Of a stretch of DNA of 64,000 bases, positions 35,317 to 48,410 are shown one piece after another. Numbering within the stretch: the stretch's first letter is position 1; the number at the start of each line of letters is the position of its first letter. Made by a program: the position numbers and the translations under genes. The notes beneath the pieces were generated by a model. That model was not told where the DNA came from. It saw only the letters and a list, made by a program, of their open reading frames with translations, and did no database searches. The DNA is taken from assembly GCA_038087875.1 (NCBI GenBank), contig CM075989.1, positions 22,446,001-22,510,000 on the forward strand. Reading direction: 5' to 3'. The stretch comes from Malacoraja senta. Its lineage: Eukaryota.

Positions 35317-36927
35317 ATGAATATTATGTGTGTTCGCTTTCATCCCAATTCATGCAACCGAACACCTAATTATATCAAACTGGAAATGTTATCAAAATGG
35401 CAGAACTGAGCCAAATACCTGTGTGGAAGGATTGGCTTGGCAATTTGAACAATATTTTTATCCCCCACATTTGTCTTTTTTTTACTCTGAATGCACCTTA
35501 AAATCATTTTAATGCACATTAAATAATTAGTGGCCTGTTAACTTTGCTAAGATGCTAAATTTGAGATAATGCATTTGCCATGTGGGATTTTCAACAGAAA
35601 GATACAAAAATCTCAATTTGCCATTTTTTTGTTGTTGTCAGTTCAAACCTGTGTGTCCACAGCTCTCCGCTGTGTTGCTATTGTGGACAAGGGAGATTAC
35701 AGCCCAGACTGGCAGTAAATATTGATGCTGACATTTGTGAACAACAGTGTTATACTATTGGCCTTCAGAGTGAAATATAACCTCTATGGGGATCTACATT
35801 CTAAGATGTTATCTGGGTAGTTTCCGACTCTCAGGACAATATTATCATGCCTAGTGTACAATCTATAGCTGCAAGTACGAAGGCAGGGAAAAACAATTAT
35901 TTAAAACAACAATGATCTCTTGTTTTCATACCTTACCTCTGTGTCTCCCTCTCCCCTTCTATCCAGAGATGCTGCCTGTCCCGCTGAGTTTCTCCAGAGT
36001 TTTGTGTCTGTCTTTGGCATAAATCAGCATCTATAGTTCCTTCCTATCCATTTCCTATTCAATTTTCTATGTATTTTCTATTTGACCTAACATTGAGGGT
36101 TGACAGGACACCTGACATAAATATGACTCTATGACTCTAACTCCAGACCTCATGACCCCACTTCCCAAACCCTTTCCTAATCCACGAGCCTTGTTCATCA
36201 AAGAAAATGCCTTGCAGATGAAGAACGAGATAGCGTTGTACCACGAAACATTCTTGCACTTGGACTGGAGAGGACTTGACAAACAAGGGGCTCAAATGAT
36301 TGCCAACCCAATCGATACAATGACGGCCATATCCCAATATTAGTCCAAACAGCACTCAGTGACTAAAAAGACAATAGACAATAGGTGCAGGAGTAGGCCA
36401 TTCGGCCCTTTGAGCCAGCACTGCTATTCAATGTGATCATGGGTGATCATCCCCAATCAGTACCCCGTTCCTGCCTTCTCCCCAAGACCCCATCGCAGAA
36501 GCGTCCAGGTCGCGGGGCTGGAAACTGGAAGTATCCTGAGCTAATTCTGCTACCACCGTCATCTATTGCAACAAGTGATGGCTCCCACTGATTGTCGCCG
36601 GAAGCTTGCGTCCTTTTCAGGACGGACGATGACAGCGAGGTCAACATTTGAAACATGGAAGATGGACATGAAAGAAGAAGTGACTAAAAAGAAACATTGA
36701 CGGAATTTGTTGTTTGTTTCACACGAGTTATCCATCCCAAGTCTAATATTGGCCTCTAGGTCAAATATTAATACTGTTAAATAACGGGAGTAGTTCACTT
36801 TGTCATCACCGATACAAATTGGAGTTATGGGTAGTACATGTGCTCAGATTTTAAGTGTTGATTGCCAGTAATATTTTTGAGCATTATTGTTTTCTGGAGT
36901 TGGTCGCCCACTCTACATCTCGACTTA

Positions 36928-37243
36928 TGGCCCTGTCCCACTGAACGAGCTAATTCAAGAGTTCTCCCGAGTTTCCCCTGATTCGAACTCGGAGAATTAT
37001 GGTAATAGCCGCTCATCGGTACTCGGGGCTCTCGTGGACATTTTTCAACATGTTGAAAAATCTTCACGAGTCTTCACGAGCTTACCACGTTTACCGAGTA
37101 CCTGCCGTTAGTGTTACGAGTCGCTAAGAGACGTCCCCGAGCTCCGACGTACCCGCTACGTACATTCTACGTGCTTACCACGAGTTTTTTTTTTTTAAAC
37201 TCGGGAGAGCTCTTGAATGAACTCGTACAGTGGGACAGGCCCT
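36928..37243. mobile_element. PIF/Harbinger-type MITE (family A)
   Basis: TIRs ..GCCCTGTCCCACTG / CAGTGGGACAGGCCCT; TSD TTA. Confidence 0.9.
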
Positions 37244-37789
37244 TTATGCTCATCACAAGGCCAGGAATTAAAACCATAAGAGTCCAATAATCTATCATCA
37301 AGTTCCAAAGGCTGATCTTCTGTTTGCTGGCATTGATCCCTTAATTAATAAATACAATAATATTAATTATTCAATTATCTTATTACACCGTGGGATCTTA
37401 CTGTATATAAATTAACTCGCTCACCATCCTATGGTAGGGACCATATTTCAAAAGCAAATCTTAGAGATTGGGAAGGGAATAAATAAAGTTACAATTTCCC
37501 CTTATCTACTCATTGTTCAGACATTGAGTCCTGAAGGTCACTCCATTCAACTGCTCAGAAGATTGAAGAAGGCGGAAAATCATTTGAAAGTGGCTATTTG
37601 TACACATTTATGAATATTGTTGCTATTTTTGACAGTTTGAGCCCTCTGGAATGGTATTCCGTTTATCAATCCAAAACATGAAGTGCTGGAGAAAGACGGT
37701 GGGCCAGGCAGCATCATTGGAGGAATGGACAGGCGATGCTTTGGGTCGGGACCCTTCCTCAGATTGAAACGACCCAAAAGGTTTTAAGG

Positions 37790-38240
37790 TCATATCTTCA
37801 TAAGTGATAGGAGTAGAATTAGGCCATTCGGCCCATCAAGTCTACACTGCCATTCAATCATGGCTGATCTGTCTCTCCCTCCTAACCCCATTCTCCTGTC
37901 TTCTCTCCATAACCTCTGACACCCATACTAATCAAGAATCTGCCTATCTCTGCCTTAAATCCACTAACCTGGCCTCCACAGCCTTCTGTGGCAAAGAATC
38001 CCACAGATTCACCACCCTCTGGCTAAAGAATGTTCTCCTCATCTCCTTCCTAAAAGAACATCCTTTAATTCTAAGGCTATGACCTCCAGTCCTAGACTCT
38101 CCACATTCACTCTATTCAAGTCTTTCACTATTCTGTATGTTTCAATGAGGTCCCCCCTCATTCTTCTAAACTCCAGCGAGTACAGGCCCAGTGCCGACAA
38201 ACGCTCATCATATGTTAACCTACTAATTCCTGGGATCATT
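37790..38240 (-). mobile_element. CR1 3' fragment
   Basis: YDERLSALGLYSLEFRRMRGDLIETYRI. Confidence 0.9.
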
Positions 38241-39325
38241 TTGTGACTGTTCCCTCCACAGATGCTGCCTGACCCACTGGGTTCTCCAGCACTTTGTGCT
38301 TTGCTTAAGATTCATAAGGTCATAAGTGATAGGAGCAGAATTAGGCCATTCGGCCCATCGAGTCTACTCCGCCATTCAATCATGGCTGATCTATCTCTCC
38401 CTCCTAACCCCATCTCCTGCCTTCCCCCCATAACCTCTGACACCCGTCAGATGCAGATGCAGATGCAGATTCCAGCATCTGCATTTTCTTGGGCCTCGAG
38501 TTTATCAGTCAAGCTGTGTTGCATTAAATCTGGCACCGGGCTGGCAAAGGAAGCAGGAAACTAGCTTACATGTTTGTAAAAGGACGTCTACAATTGTTGC
38601 TCTGAAGATCTCCTTCACCTATGACAATTTTGCTGCCAAGATAATGGACCCAACGCGGAAGAACTCTTGACGATTACATGTTCCCATGTTGTATCTCTAA
38701 CACTAAAATGTATAGAACACCTGCGGGGTCACAGCTAGAGAACAGTGGGTCGCCATTTTCGGGGAAGGCTGTGTCAACATGAGAGAGGGTGCAGAGAAGA
38801 TCTACAAAGATGGTACTCAGAATGGAGGAATCATTGCTTGACAGGATTGCTTGATTTAATAGAGATATATATATTCAATTGAGGAGGTGAATAGTGGGGA
38901 CTGATTTCCCTTAATAGACAGATTAAAGGAGAGTTGAGCTGATTTCTTTTTCCCCTCTTTGATCATTGACCTGTTCCAGTTTTCTATATTAAATAATGAA
39001 GTAAATTGCATTTTCCCATTTCTATTCGATGCATAATTCATTTTGGTCCATCAATTTGTAACAATCTGTTCCTTCGACAAAACTTGCTTCGAAACTAAAG
39101 CTCAACACTCTAATCACATCAATGTACTCGCCAGAAGGTCAGGTTGTCCTGGACTATTGAAATAAATGATAGAAGCCTTTTTTTTATCAATTACCTCTCC
39201 AACTGGGCAGACCTAAACAATTCTGCTTTACTTCATTTGATGTTCTTTAGAATCACAATGATATTTAATGTTGCCAATGGCGTTTATTGTTGACATTGAT
39301 AGCCAACTGAGGTTAAAATCTACTT

Positions 39326-39582
39326 GGATGGGCACAAATTGCTGTAGTAACTCAACGGGACAGGCAGCATCTCTGGAGAGAAGGAACGGGTGACGTTTTG
39401 GGTCAGAACTCTTCTTCAGATTACAGAGTCCGAGGTAGGGTTCTGACCCAAAGTGCCTCAAATCATTTTTCTCCAGAGATGCTGCCTGACCGACTATCTG
39501 AGTTACTGAGCTGACCTGAGTTACTCCAGCAAATGTGTCCATCTTCAGTATAAACCAGCATTTGCAGTTCCTTCCTACACAC
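39326..39582. mobile_element. Penelope fold-back element with TSD
   Basis: TSD TTAAAATCTACTT at 39313-39325 and 39583-39595. Confidence 0.85.
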
Positions 39583-39784
39583 TTAAAATCTACTTAGATC
39601 TTTTCTAATTTTACCAACGGAATATGAAGGTTTAATGTGTACGAATTATCATAGAAAAATAGAAACATGGAAAATAGGTGTAGGAGGAGGCCATTCGGCC
39701 CTTCGAGCCAGCACCGCCATTTATTGTGATCATGGCTGATCGTCCCCTATCAATAACCTGTGCCTGCCTTCTCCCCATATCATG

Positions 39785-40115
39785 TGTTATCAGGCAACTA
39801 AACCATCCTACCACAACCAGAGAGCAGTCCTGAACTACTATCTACCTCATCAGAGATCATTGGACTATCTTTGTGTAGGAAAGAACTGCAGATGCTGGTT
39901 TAAATCGAATGTAGACAGCATTTTGTGTCTACCTTCGGTCTATCTTTGATCAGTATTTGCAGGGTTTACCTTGCACTAAACATCATTCCCTTATCATGTA
40001 CTGTAAATGGCTCGATTGTAATCATGTGTTGTCTTTCCGCTGACTGGATCGCGCGCAACAAAAGCTTTTCACTGTACCTTGGTACACGTGACAATAAACT
40101 AATTGAACTGAACTG
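39785..40115 (+). mobile_element. Rex-type 3' UTR with a tiny Penelope insert (about 39872-39935)
   Basis: Same tail as 10945 and 16700; (AACTG)n. Confidence 0.72.
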
Positions 40116-40833
40116 AAGGAACTGCTGATGCTGATTTACACCAAAGATAGACACGAAATGCTGGAATATCTCAGCGGGTCAGGTAGCATCTCTGGAGAAA
40201 AGGAATAGGTGATGTTTCGGGTATAGACCCTTCTTCAGACTGAGCGTACTCTGAGAGTAAGGGGTGACAATAGACAACAGACAATAGGTGCAGGAGTAGG
40301 CCATTCGGCCGTTCGAGCCAGCACTGCCATTCAATGTGATCATGGCTGACCATCCACAATCAGTACTCCCGTTCCTGTCTTCTCCCCATATCCCCTGACT
40401 CCACTATCTATTGGACCATTTAGTATTCAAATATGCTGACATTTCTTCACTCAGAGGATAATGAATCTTCAGAGATCTCCAGAAAACTCCCAATGCTAAT
40501 TCTAATGTTCCTCTTACTTCATAGACTCAAATTCATACAGAATAGAAACAGGCCCTTTGGCCCACTGAGTCTCACCGACCTTGAGCGGCCATCTACACTC
40601 AACCTGATTTTATTAGAGTTATACATCATGGAAGCAGGCTCTTCGGCCCTACTCGTCCCTGCTGACCAAGATGGCACGTGTAAGCTAGTCCCAGTTGCCC
40701 ACATTTGATCCATATCTCTCTAAAACATTCGTACACATGAACCCGTCCGAGTGTCTCTTAAATATTGCCATTGTCTTTCTCCCACAGTCTCACCATGTCT
40801 CCCCAAATTCTACTGCTCACCCACAGAGTAGGG

Positions 40834-41265
40834 ACAGATTCAGATTCAGATTCAGATTCAGAAAACTTTATTGTCTGTCCTAACAGAAAATCTTCTTTGG
40901 CGTGGCTCAACATACAAACAGGACAATGTACTGATAAGCAGTCATACAACACAGATTTCTGCGAGCACACACCGTGTGTATTAGATCTTAAAAGCAAGTA
41001 TAAGGATTAAAAACTGTAAAAATAGACAAGTTGAAAGTTGTGGATACGTGTAAAGTGACAGTGCGTCAGGGTTAATTTGTCCATTGTTCATTTTTTATTT
41101 AAGCTGTTTATGGCAATGGGTATGAATGAGTTTTTGTGGATGTTTTTCTTAGATAGGGGGACTTTATATCGGCGGCGTGATGGCAGAAGTTGGAAGGACT
41201 TGTGCAGGGGGTGGGTGGGATCCTGTGTAATGAGGTTGGCTTTCCTTTTAACTGCCTGGGTGTGA
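40834..41265 (-). mobile_element. Rex1-like 3' fragment, distinct family, (GAATCT)n tail
   Basis: Manual translation KRKANLITQDPTHPLHKSFQLLPSRRRYKVPLSKKNIHKNSFIPIAINSLNKK*. Confidence 0.85.
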
Positions 41266-41791
41266 AGTTAAATGGACCAATTAATGCAGGAGCCAATTAA
41301 TGCAGGCTTTTGAGAAGTGAGAGAATACCAGGGCACACAGAGGTCACAAAGACAACATGCAAACTCCACATATTTAGCACCAGAAGTCAGGATTGAACCC
41401 CAGTCTATGAGGCAGCAGGTCTACGAGCTACGCCACTATGCTGCCCGTACCTGCGTCTGACTTCTTGTCAGACCCTGACCCAGAATGGTAGACCAGGACT
41501 CTCAGTCCCATGGTGAAACAGTCTCCAGTTATCAAGATGTTCTAAGTCAAAGCAATTTTGTGAGAATGAGACACAAAATATTCAATGTAATAATAATAAT
41601 AATAATAATAATGAATTTTAGATATGGGCGCCTTATACCGAGGTCTCAAGGACACCTTACAGAGATTTATGGTTAACATATAATCAGAATAATCAGAATT
41701 TAAAAAATAAGTTATAAAGGCCAATACACAAATCAGGGACAGAATTCCTTCCAAAAACACAAAAAAGAAAATCAGAAACACAATGTACTGT

Positions 41792-42077
41792 GGGCGGCAC
41801 AGTGGCACAGCGATAGAGTTGCTGCCTCACAGCGCCAGAGACTGGGTTTAATCCTGACTGCGTGTGCTGTCTGTGTGGAGTTTGTACGTTCTCCCCGTGA
41901 CCCGCGTGGGTTTTCTCCAGGCACTCCGTTTTCCTCCCACACTCTAAAAACGTACAGGTTGGCAGGATCATTGGATTCTGTAAATTATAAATTGTCACTA
42001 GTGTGTGGGATAGTACAGTGTGATCGCTGGTAAGCGTAGACCAGGTGGGTCGAAGGGCCTGTGTCTCTAAAGACTAA
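41792..42077 (+). mobile_element. HE1-like SINE
   Basis: Head, V-domain, tail. Confidence 0.87.
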
Positions 42078-43530
42078 AGTCGACAAGTGAAATGTAATAC
42101 AGTTCCGCAAAAGGAAACATGCAAATATTATGTGTAATTGGAATGAATTACTTTCTTCATTAACAACAAATAAAGAGACATTTAGATAGAAAGCTTCCAC
42201 TGATTGGTATGAGAACTAAATGAACAGTTAAATGTGTTTTTGCCTAGTGGTAATGCATAAAAGAAAATTAAATGAGAGGCAAGCAATTGAAAGTTAGTGT
42301 GCGCCAATCAGATGGTGAGAGCAGTAAAAGTATTGTAGTCTGCCATCATTTCCCCTTAAAATTGACATAAAGTACAATTGCTATACGTGAGTCTTTCAGT
42401 GTAGAGCACCCAAAGTTAATGTCAGAGATACAGTTATATTCCACATGCTGTGTTTAATAGAGTCAGTCATATAGCATGGAAACAGGCCCTTCAGCCCAAC
42501 ACTATCACAACAATTAAGGAACAGTTAGACAGGTACATGGATAGGACAGGTTTGGAGGGATATGGACCAAACGCAATTAATGCAGGCTTTTGAGAAGTGA
42601 GAGAAAACCAGGGCAGATGGGACTAGTGTAGCTGGGACATGTTGGCTGGTGCGGGCAATTTGGGCTGCAGGACCTGTTTCCACACTGTATCACTCTATGA
42701 CATCCATGCCGACCAAAATCATCCATTTAAACATGTGGACCTGCAGATGCTGGAATCTTGCATAGACTATAAAGAACATAAAGGGTTCTTCGTCCCACCG
42801 AGTCCGCGCCGACCAGCGATCACCCCGTACACTAGTACTAACCTACAGACACAAGGGACGATTTACAGAAGTCAATGAACCTTCAAACCTGTGCGTCTTC
42901 AGAATTTGCAAGGAAACCGGAGCACCCGGAGAAAGCCCGGGTGGTCACAGGGAGAGCATAAAGAACTCAATGGGTCAGCCAGCATCTCAGGAGGACGTCA
43001 ATAGGTGACATTTTGGGTCGGGATCATTCCTTTAGTAGACGCTCGATTTAATGTGGTGTTGATGGAGGTGTCCACGAGAGGTTGTACAGCAGCCGGGCGG
43101 GTGAGCGAGCGGATGGAGCGCAGCCTGTGGTAGTAGCACAGAGCGGTGGTGGAAGGAGCCGACGGCATGCCTTCACCACACCCGGCCTTAACGTGATCAA
43201 ATACTTCCAACAGAGGATGTACTTCCTGCGGCAGCTGAGAAACATAATCTGCCACAGGCAATGATGGTCAGTTTTATACTGCCATCGTAGAGTCTGTCCT
43301 CACCTTCTCCATCATGGTCTGGGGAACGCCGTGAGGGACGGTGGGAGAACAAAGGGGGAGCTGGTGTGGGGGAGCGGGGGGGGGGGGGCACTCTAGTTTT
43401 AGAATCCCCTGCCCTGGGGATAAGCCTGCGTCCGTTTGTTTGTTTGTTCGTTCGTTCCAGTTTAGGCGGCGTGCACACGGCAGCCAGCCAACACTCGCCT
43501 GTCCGTTTCCCTTTTTCTTTTGCACTTTTA

Positions 43531-43849
43531 AAGCCCTGTCCCACGGTACGAGTTCATTCCAAGAGCTCTCCCGCGTTTGCCCTGATTCAAACTCGGAGAT
43601 TTACGGTAATGGCCACTCGTCGGTACTCGGGGCTCTCGTGGACATTTTTCATCATGTTGAAAAATCTTCACGCGTCTTCCCGTGCTTACCTGCCGTTAGC
43701 GAGTCTTCCCGAGTACCTGCTGTTAGCGCTAAGAGACGTCCCCGAGCTCCGACGTACCCGCTACGTTCATCTCCCTGCTTACTACGAGTTTGATTTTTTT
43801 TAAACTCGGGAGAGCTCTTGGAATGAACTCGTACCGTGGGACAAGGCTT
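43531..43849. mobile_element. PIF/Harbinger-type MITE (family A)
   Basis: AAGCCCTGTCCCACGGTACGAGTTCATTCCAAGAGCTCTCCCG and its inverse; TSD TTA. Confidence 0.9.
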
Positions 43850-44484
43850 TTAATTTCAAGTGTTCGTGTACCTTCTTGTGTTGTGACTGTCGGCAGAACA
43901 ATTTCCCTCCTGGCATGAATAAAGTTTTGTCGTATCGTATCGTATCGTGACAATTAGTAAACTAAGAGATTAGATTCTTGGTGTTTTAAGTACTTTGAAT
44001 ACTTACCTTGTTAAATATATATTTTTTAAATATTTGATAAAGGCTTTGATGAATTAAAGATTCTTGAATACAATTCACTTTCTTTGGATATTTCTCTAAG
44101 TCCGAAGCAGATTTCTATGTCCTTATTTTGTGTCCTATGTTGTATCATGATACTCCTTGGTCTCAAATTTCTTCTGCACCAATTAATCCTGTGCTTTGAT
44201 CTCTTCTATACTAGGAAAGTGCATGGCCATAATATTAATGGAAGTCATCTAATAGGTATTGTCATATTATTTACAAGAACGTTCTATAAATTCCACTATA
44301 CTTGAATGTCTCAACTCTGATGCAGCTATCATCGACAATAATTAAAAGGATATCATTTATGTATGGCAGTAAACTTTGTAAGATATCCCCCTCGTCTTGA
44401 TAGAAACATAAGCAGACAAAACTGGGTCACCAAGTTAACGCAGGTGATATTAGAAGAGATGGCTGGAAGTTGATAAAAAACTTT

Positions 44485-45895
44485 TTATTTATTCATGTCT
44501 CAGGATCTGAGCTTCGTTGACAAGGCAAGGATCTATTGCCCACGCCTAATTACTTTTGAAAAGAGAGTGGTGAATAACTGCAGCCTTGCGGATGAGGGAA
44601 CCCCACCGCGTTCAAAGTGCTGGAGTAACTTGGCGGCTCAGGCGGCATTTGTGGAGAGGGAATGGATAGGTGACGTTTCGGTTTGCGACCGATTGTAGTA
44701 GGGAGGAGAAGGTTTAGGCTCAGGTTTAGAGAAACAGCGCGGAAACAGATCCTTCGGCCCACCGAGTCCGCACCGACCACCACGATCCCGGCACACTAAC
44801 ACTATCCTACACACACTGTGGACAATTTACAATTTTACCAGGTAAATTAGACTACAAACCTGTAGGTCTTTGGAGTGCGGAGGAAACCGGGGATCCCAGA
44901 GAAAACCTACGCGGGTCACGGGGAGAACGTACGAACTCCTTACAGACAGCAGCCATAGTCGGGATCGAACCGGGTCTCTGGCGCTGTAAGGCAGCAGCTC
45001 TACCGCTGCGCCACTGTGCCGCAGGAAGCTGGAGAGAGGTAGGGGCGGGACAAATCCTCCTACCTCAGCACTGCACTCCGTGTGACATACACAACGTTGC
45101 TTGGACGGAGTTCCATATAATTACACCTTACAACACTGAAGGAACATCAATATATTTCAATATCAGGATGGCGTAGAACTTGGAGGGAAACATATAGCTG
45201 GAGATATTTGAGTATATTTTAGAGACACAACCTAGACGCTAGCTCTCTGCCCCACCGAATCCACGCCGACCATCGATCACCCCTTCATCTGCCCTAGTGG
45301 TTCTTTGTTATAAATGTTATAGATTTGTGCGGTATTGTTGGAATAGTCTGAATGAGTAACTGCAGTACATGTTTTTGTTTATAAATCCATAAGTTCATGT
45401 CATAGGAGCAAAAATAGGCCATTCGGCCCATTGAGTCTACTCTGCCATTCAACCGTGGCTGATTTATCTCTCCCTCTCAACCTCATTCTCCTGCCTTCTC
45501 CCCATAACCCTTGACACCCGTACTGATCAAGAATCTGTCAATCTCTTCCTTAAAAATACCCAATGACTTGGCCTCCACAGCCGTCTGTGGCAAAGAAATC
45601 CACAGATTCACCACCCCCTGACTAGAAAAATTCCTCCTCATCTCCTTTCTGAAGGTACATCCTTTTATGCTCTTGATGATTCATTCCTGCAGTCACTGAA
45701 TGGCAGTGATGGGGAGGAAATAGCTGGATGGGGTACCAACCGAGTGGGCTGGGCTGCCTGGTGCAGAACAGTGTCCAATATCTTGCGAGTAGTTGGCACA
45801 GCACTCATCCAGCTTATTGAGCACGTCCTATCATGTTGCCTGCCAGTGTCATGTTGGAAAAGCTTTAGGTGTCAGGAACTGAATCCTTCATCACA
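44485..45895 (-). mobile_element. Old, diverged LINE 3' region broken by Penelope, SINE and CR1 inserts
   Basis: Collinear pieces at about 44485-44610, 45095-45215, 45285-45380 and 45685-45895; clade not determined. Confidence 0.5.
44712..45022 (-). mobile_element. HE1-like SINE
   Basis: Full length. Confidence 0.88.
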
Positions 45896-46920
45896 GAATG
45901 AGGCCACCAGCAACTGGAGGAACAGCACCTAACTTTTCAATTCGGCAGCTTGTAACCCAACACAGTTTAAGAATAAGGAGTAAGCTATTTAGAACGGAGA
46001 TGAGGAAACACTTTTTCTCACAGAGAGTGGTGAGTCTGTCGAATTCTCTGCCTCAGAGCGCGGTGGAGGCAGGTTCTCTGGATGCTTTCAAGAGAGAGCT
46101 AGATAAGGCTCTTAAAAATAGCGGGGTCAAGGGATATGGGGAGAAGGCAGGAACGGGATACTGATTGGGGATGATCAGCCATGATCACATTCAATGCGGT
46201 GCTGGCTCGAAGGGCCAAATGGCCTACTGCTGCACATATTGTCTATTGTCTATTGTCTATAACAGTATGAATGACAAACTCTACAATTTAAGGTAACATG
46301 GTACGATGCAATAAGACAGAACTTTATGTATCCCAGGAGGGAAATTGGTCAATTTTCTCACTCCCCCCTCCTCTCCCTTTGCCTCTTCTTCCCACCCCCC
46401 ACCCCTTCCTCCACTAAAATCTGGTTAACCTGATGTATCTCCCTTGGCCTCATGCTTACGTCTAGCCAACAGTCAGCCTATCAGTGAACCTCCTTGCCTG
46501 AGGTCATCTGTTGCCGACGAGAGACACAAAATGCTGGAGTAACTCAGCGGGACAGGCAACATCTCTGGAGAGAAGGAATGGGTGATGTTTCTGGTCGAGA
46601 CCCTTCTTCACGTTTCAACTGTTGCCGGCCCTGGTTTTTCTTTGCTTCCTGCTTATTCCCCCCTCTATTCCCTACTCCCCACTGTGGAGGCCAAGTCAAT
46701 GGATAGTTCTAAGGTGGAGATTCTTGAGTAGTACGGTTGTCAGGGGTTATGGGGAGAAGGCAGGAGAATGGGGTTGAGAGGGAAAAATAGATCAGCCATG
46801 ATTGAATAGATATGATGGGCCGAATGGCCTAATTCTGCTCCAAGAACTTAAGAACTTATGAACTATTACAGTCTGAAGAAGAGACTTCACCCGAAACGTC
46901 ACCAATCCATTATCTCCAGG
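45895..46920 (+). mobile_element. Penelope 3' end interrupted by CR1 copies (45961-46260, 46680-46862) and other inserts
   Basis: ctggaggaacagcacct (LEEQHL) at about 45915; hammerhead motif CTGAAGAAGAGACTTCACCCGAAACGTC at 46873-46900. Confidence 0.7.
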
Positions 46921-47409
46921 TGCTCCGGTTTCCTCCCACACTCCAAAGACGTGCAGTTTGTAGGCTTATTGGCTTCGGTGAAGATTGTAAATTGTCCCTA
47001 GTGTGTAGGCCTGACCAGGTGAGTTTTTGTGTCTGTCTACCATTTTCCTTTGTTTCAGTTAGGATAACCATTGGCAGAGGGGAGATAAGGCACGGGAAAT
47101 GGCAGGAGGCAAGCAGTTCAGCACAGAGTCAAGGATTCAGCAAAGTATTCATGAGGATGTCACCCCACCCCCTGTAAACTATTGCAACAGCAGTTCCAGT
47201 CTGCCTAAGGCACTTAATATCAGAAGAAGAAAGAAATAATCTAGCAGTATACCTACTCTATGCTATCCATCCCCTGATCTAGTATTGATGAGGAGTTCAT
47301 CTCATACAGGGTTAAGAGAAGACACGAGTTGGATTTGTAACTCTGCAAAGACGATGCTTCCTTTAAACTACCTTGGTACACTAACTGACCAACGTACTTG
47401 CTCTGTTGC

Positions 47410-47702
47410 AGTATGGCGCAGCGGTAGAGTTGCTGCCTCACAGCGGCAGAGACCCGGGTTCGATCCTGACCACGGGCGCTGTCTGTACGGAGTTTTACGT
47501 TCTCCACATGACCTACGGTGGGTTTTCTCCGGGTGCCACGGATTCCTCCCACGCTCCAAAGACGTACAGCTTTGTAGGTTAATTAACCGGTAAAAACTGT
47601 AAATTGTCCCTAGGGTGTGAGATAGTGCTGGTGTACGGGGATCGCTGGTCGTCGTGGACTGGATGGGCTGAAGGGCCTGTTTCCACGCTGTATCCCTAAA
47701 CT
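47410..47702 (+). mobile_element. HE1-like SINE
   Basis: Full length. Confidence 0.87.
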
Positions 47703-48090
47703 AGACACAAAATGCTGGAGTAACTCAGCGGGTCTGGAGAAAAGGAATAGGTGACGTCTCAGGTCGAGACTCTTCTTAACAACTTTTATATACGGTACAT
47801 TAAATTTGTCTTCCCTTCCAATTGCAGTGTTCCATACAAAACATTGGAGAACCAACATTTTTTAACATGAACCACCGTTTTATTAGGAGCAGGTGTATTG
47901 CCTTGGGCTCCAAAATCTGCAGGCACATTTCAGTCCATGGTAGTTAATCAAATCTTTTGATCTGCTTATTCTGAGTCAGCATATTTATTGATGTGAAACA
48001 TTTTCCTAATGTAGAACCAACCTTCCCTGTGTAAGTTTGAATTGCTTAGAAATACAACGTGAACTTCAGATTCAATGTTTAATTACTAAA

Positions 48091-48410
48091 GTTCAGTTTA
48101 GTTTAATTTAGTTTAGAGATACAGCCTGGAAACAGGCCCTTCGACCCACCGAGTCCGCGTCGACCAGCAATCCCTGTACACTAGCACTATCCTACACACT
48201 AGGAACGATTTACATTCTTCACCAAAGCCAATAAGCCAACAATAAACTGCACGTCTTAGGAGTGTGGGAGGAAACCGGAGCACCTGGAGAAAACCCACGC
48301 GGTCACGGGGAGAACGTACAAACTCCGTACAGATAGCACCCCTAGTCAGGGTGGAACCCGTGTTTCTGGCGCTATAAGGCAGCAACTCTACTGCTGCACC
48401 ACCGTGCCGA
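48091..48410 (-). mobile_element. HE1-like SINE
   Basis: Full length. Confidence 0.88.

Noticed and set aside
43341..43803. ORFs of 145-150 aa over MITEs (also 50786, 13958-14339)
   Set aside because: Chance frames in GC-rich non-coding MITEs; no transposase motifs.
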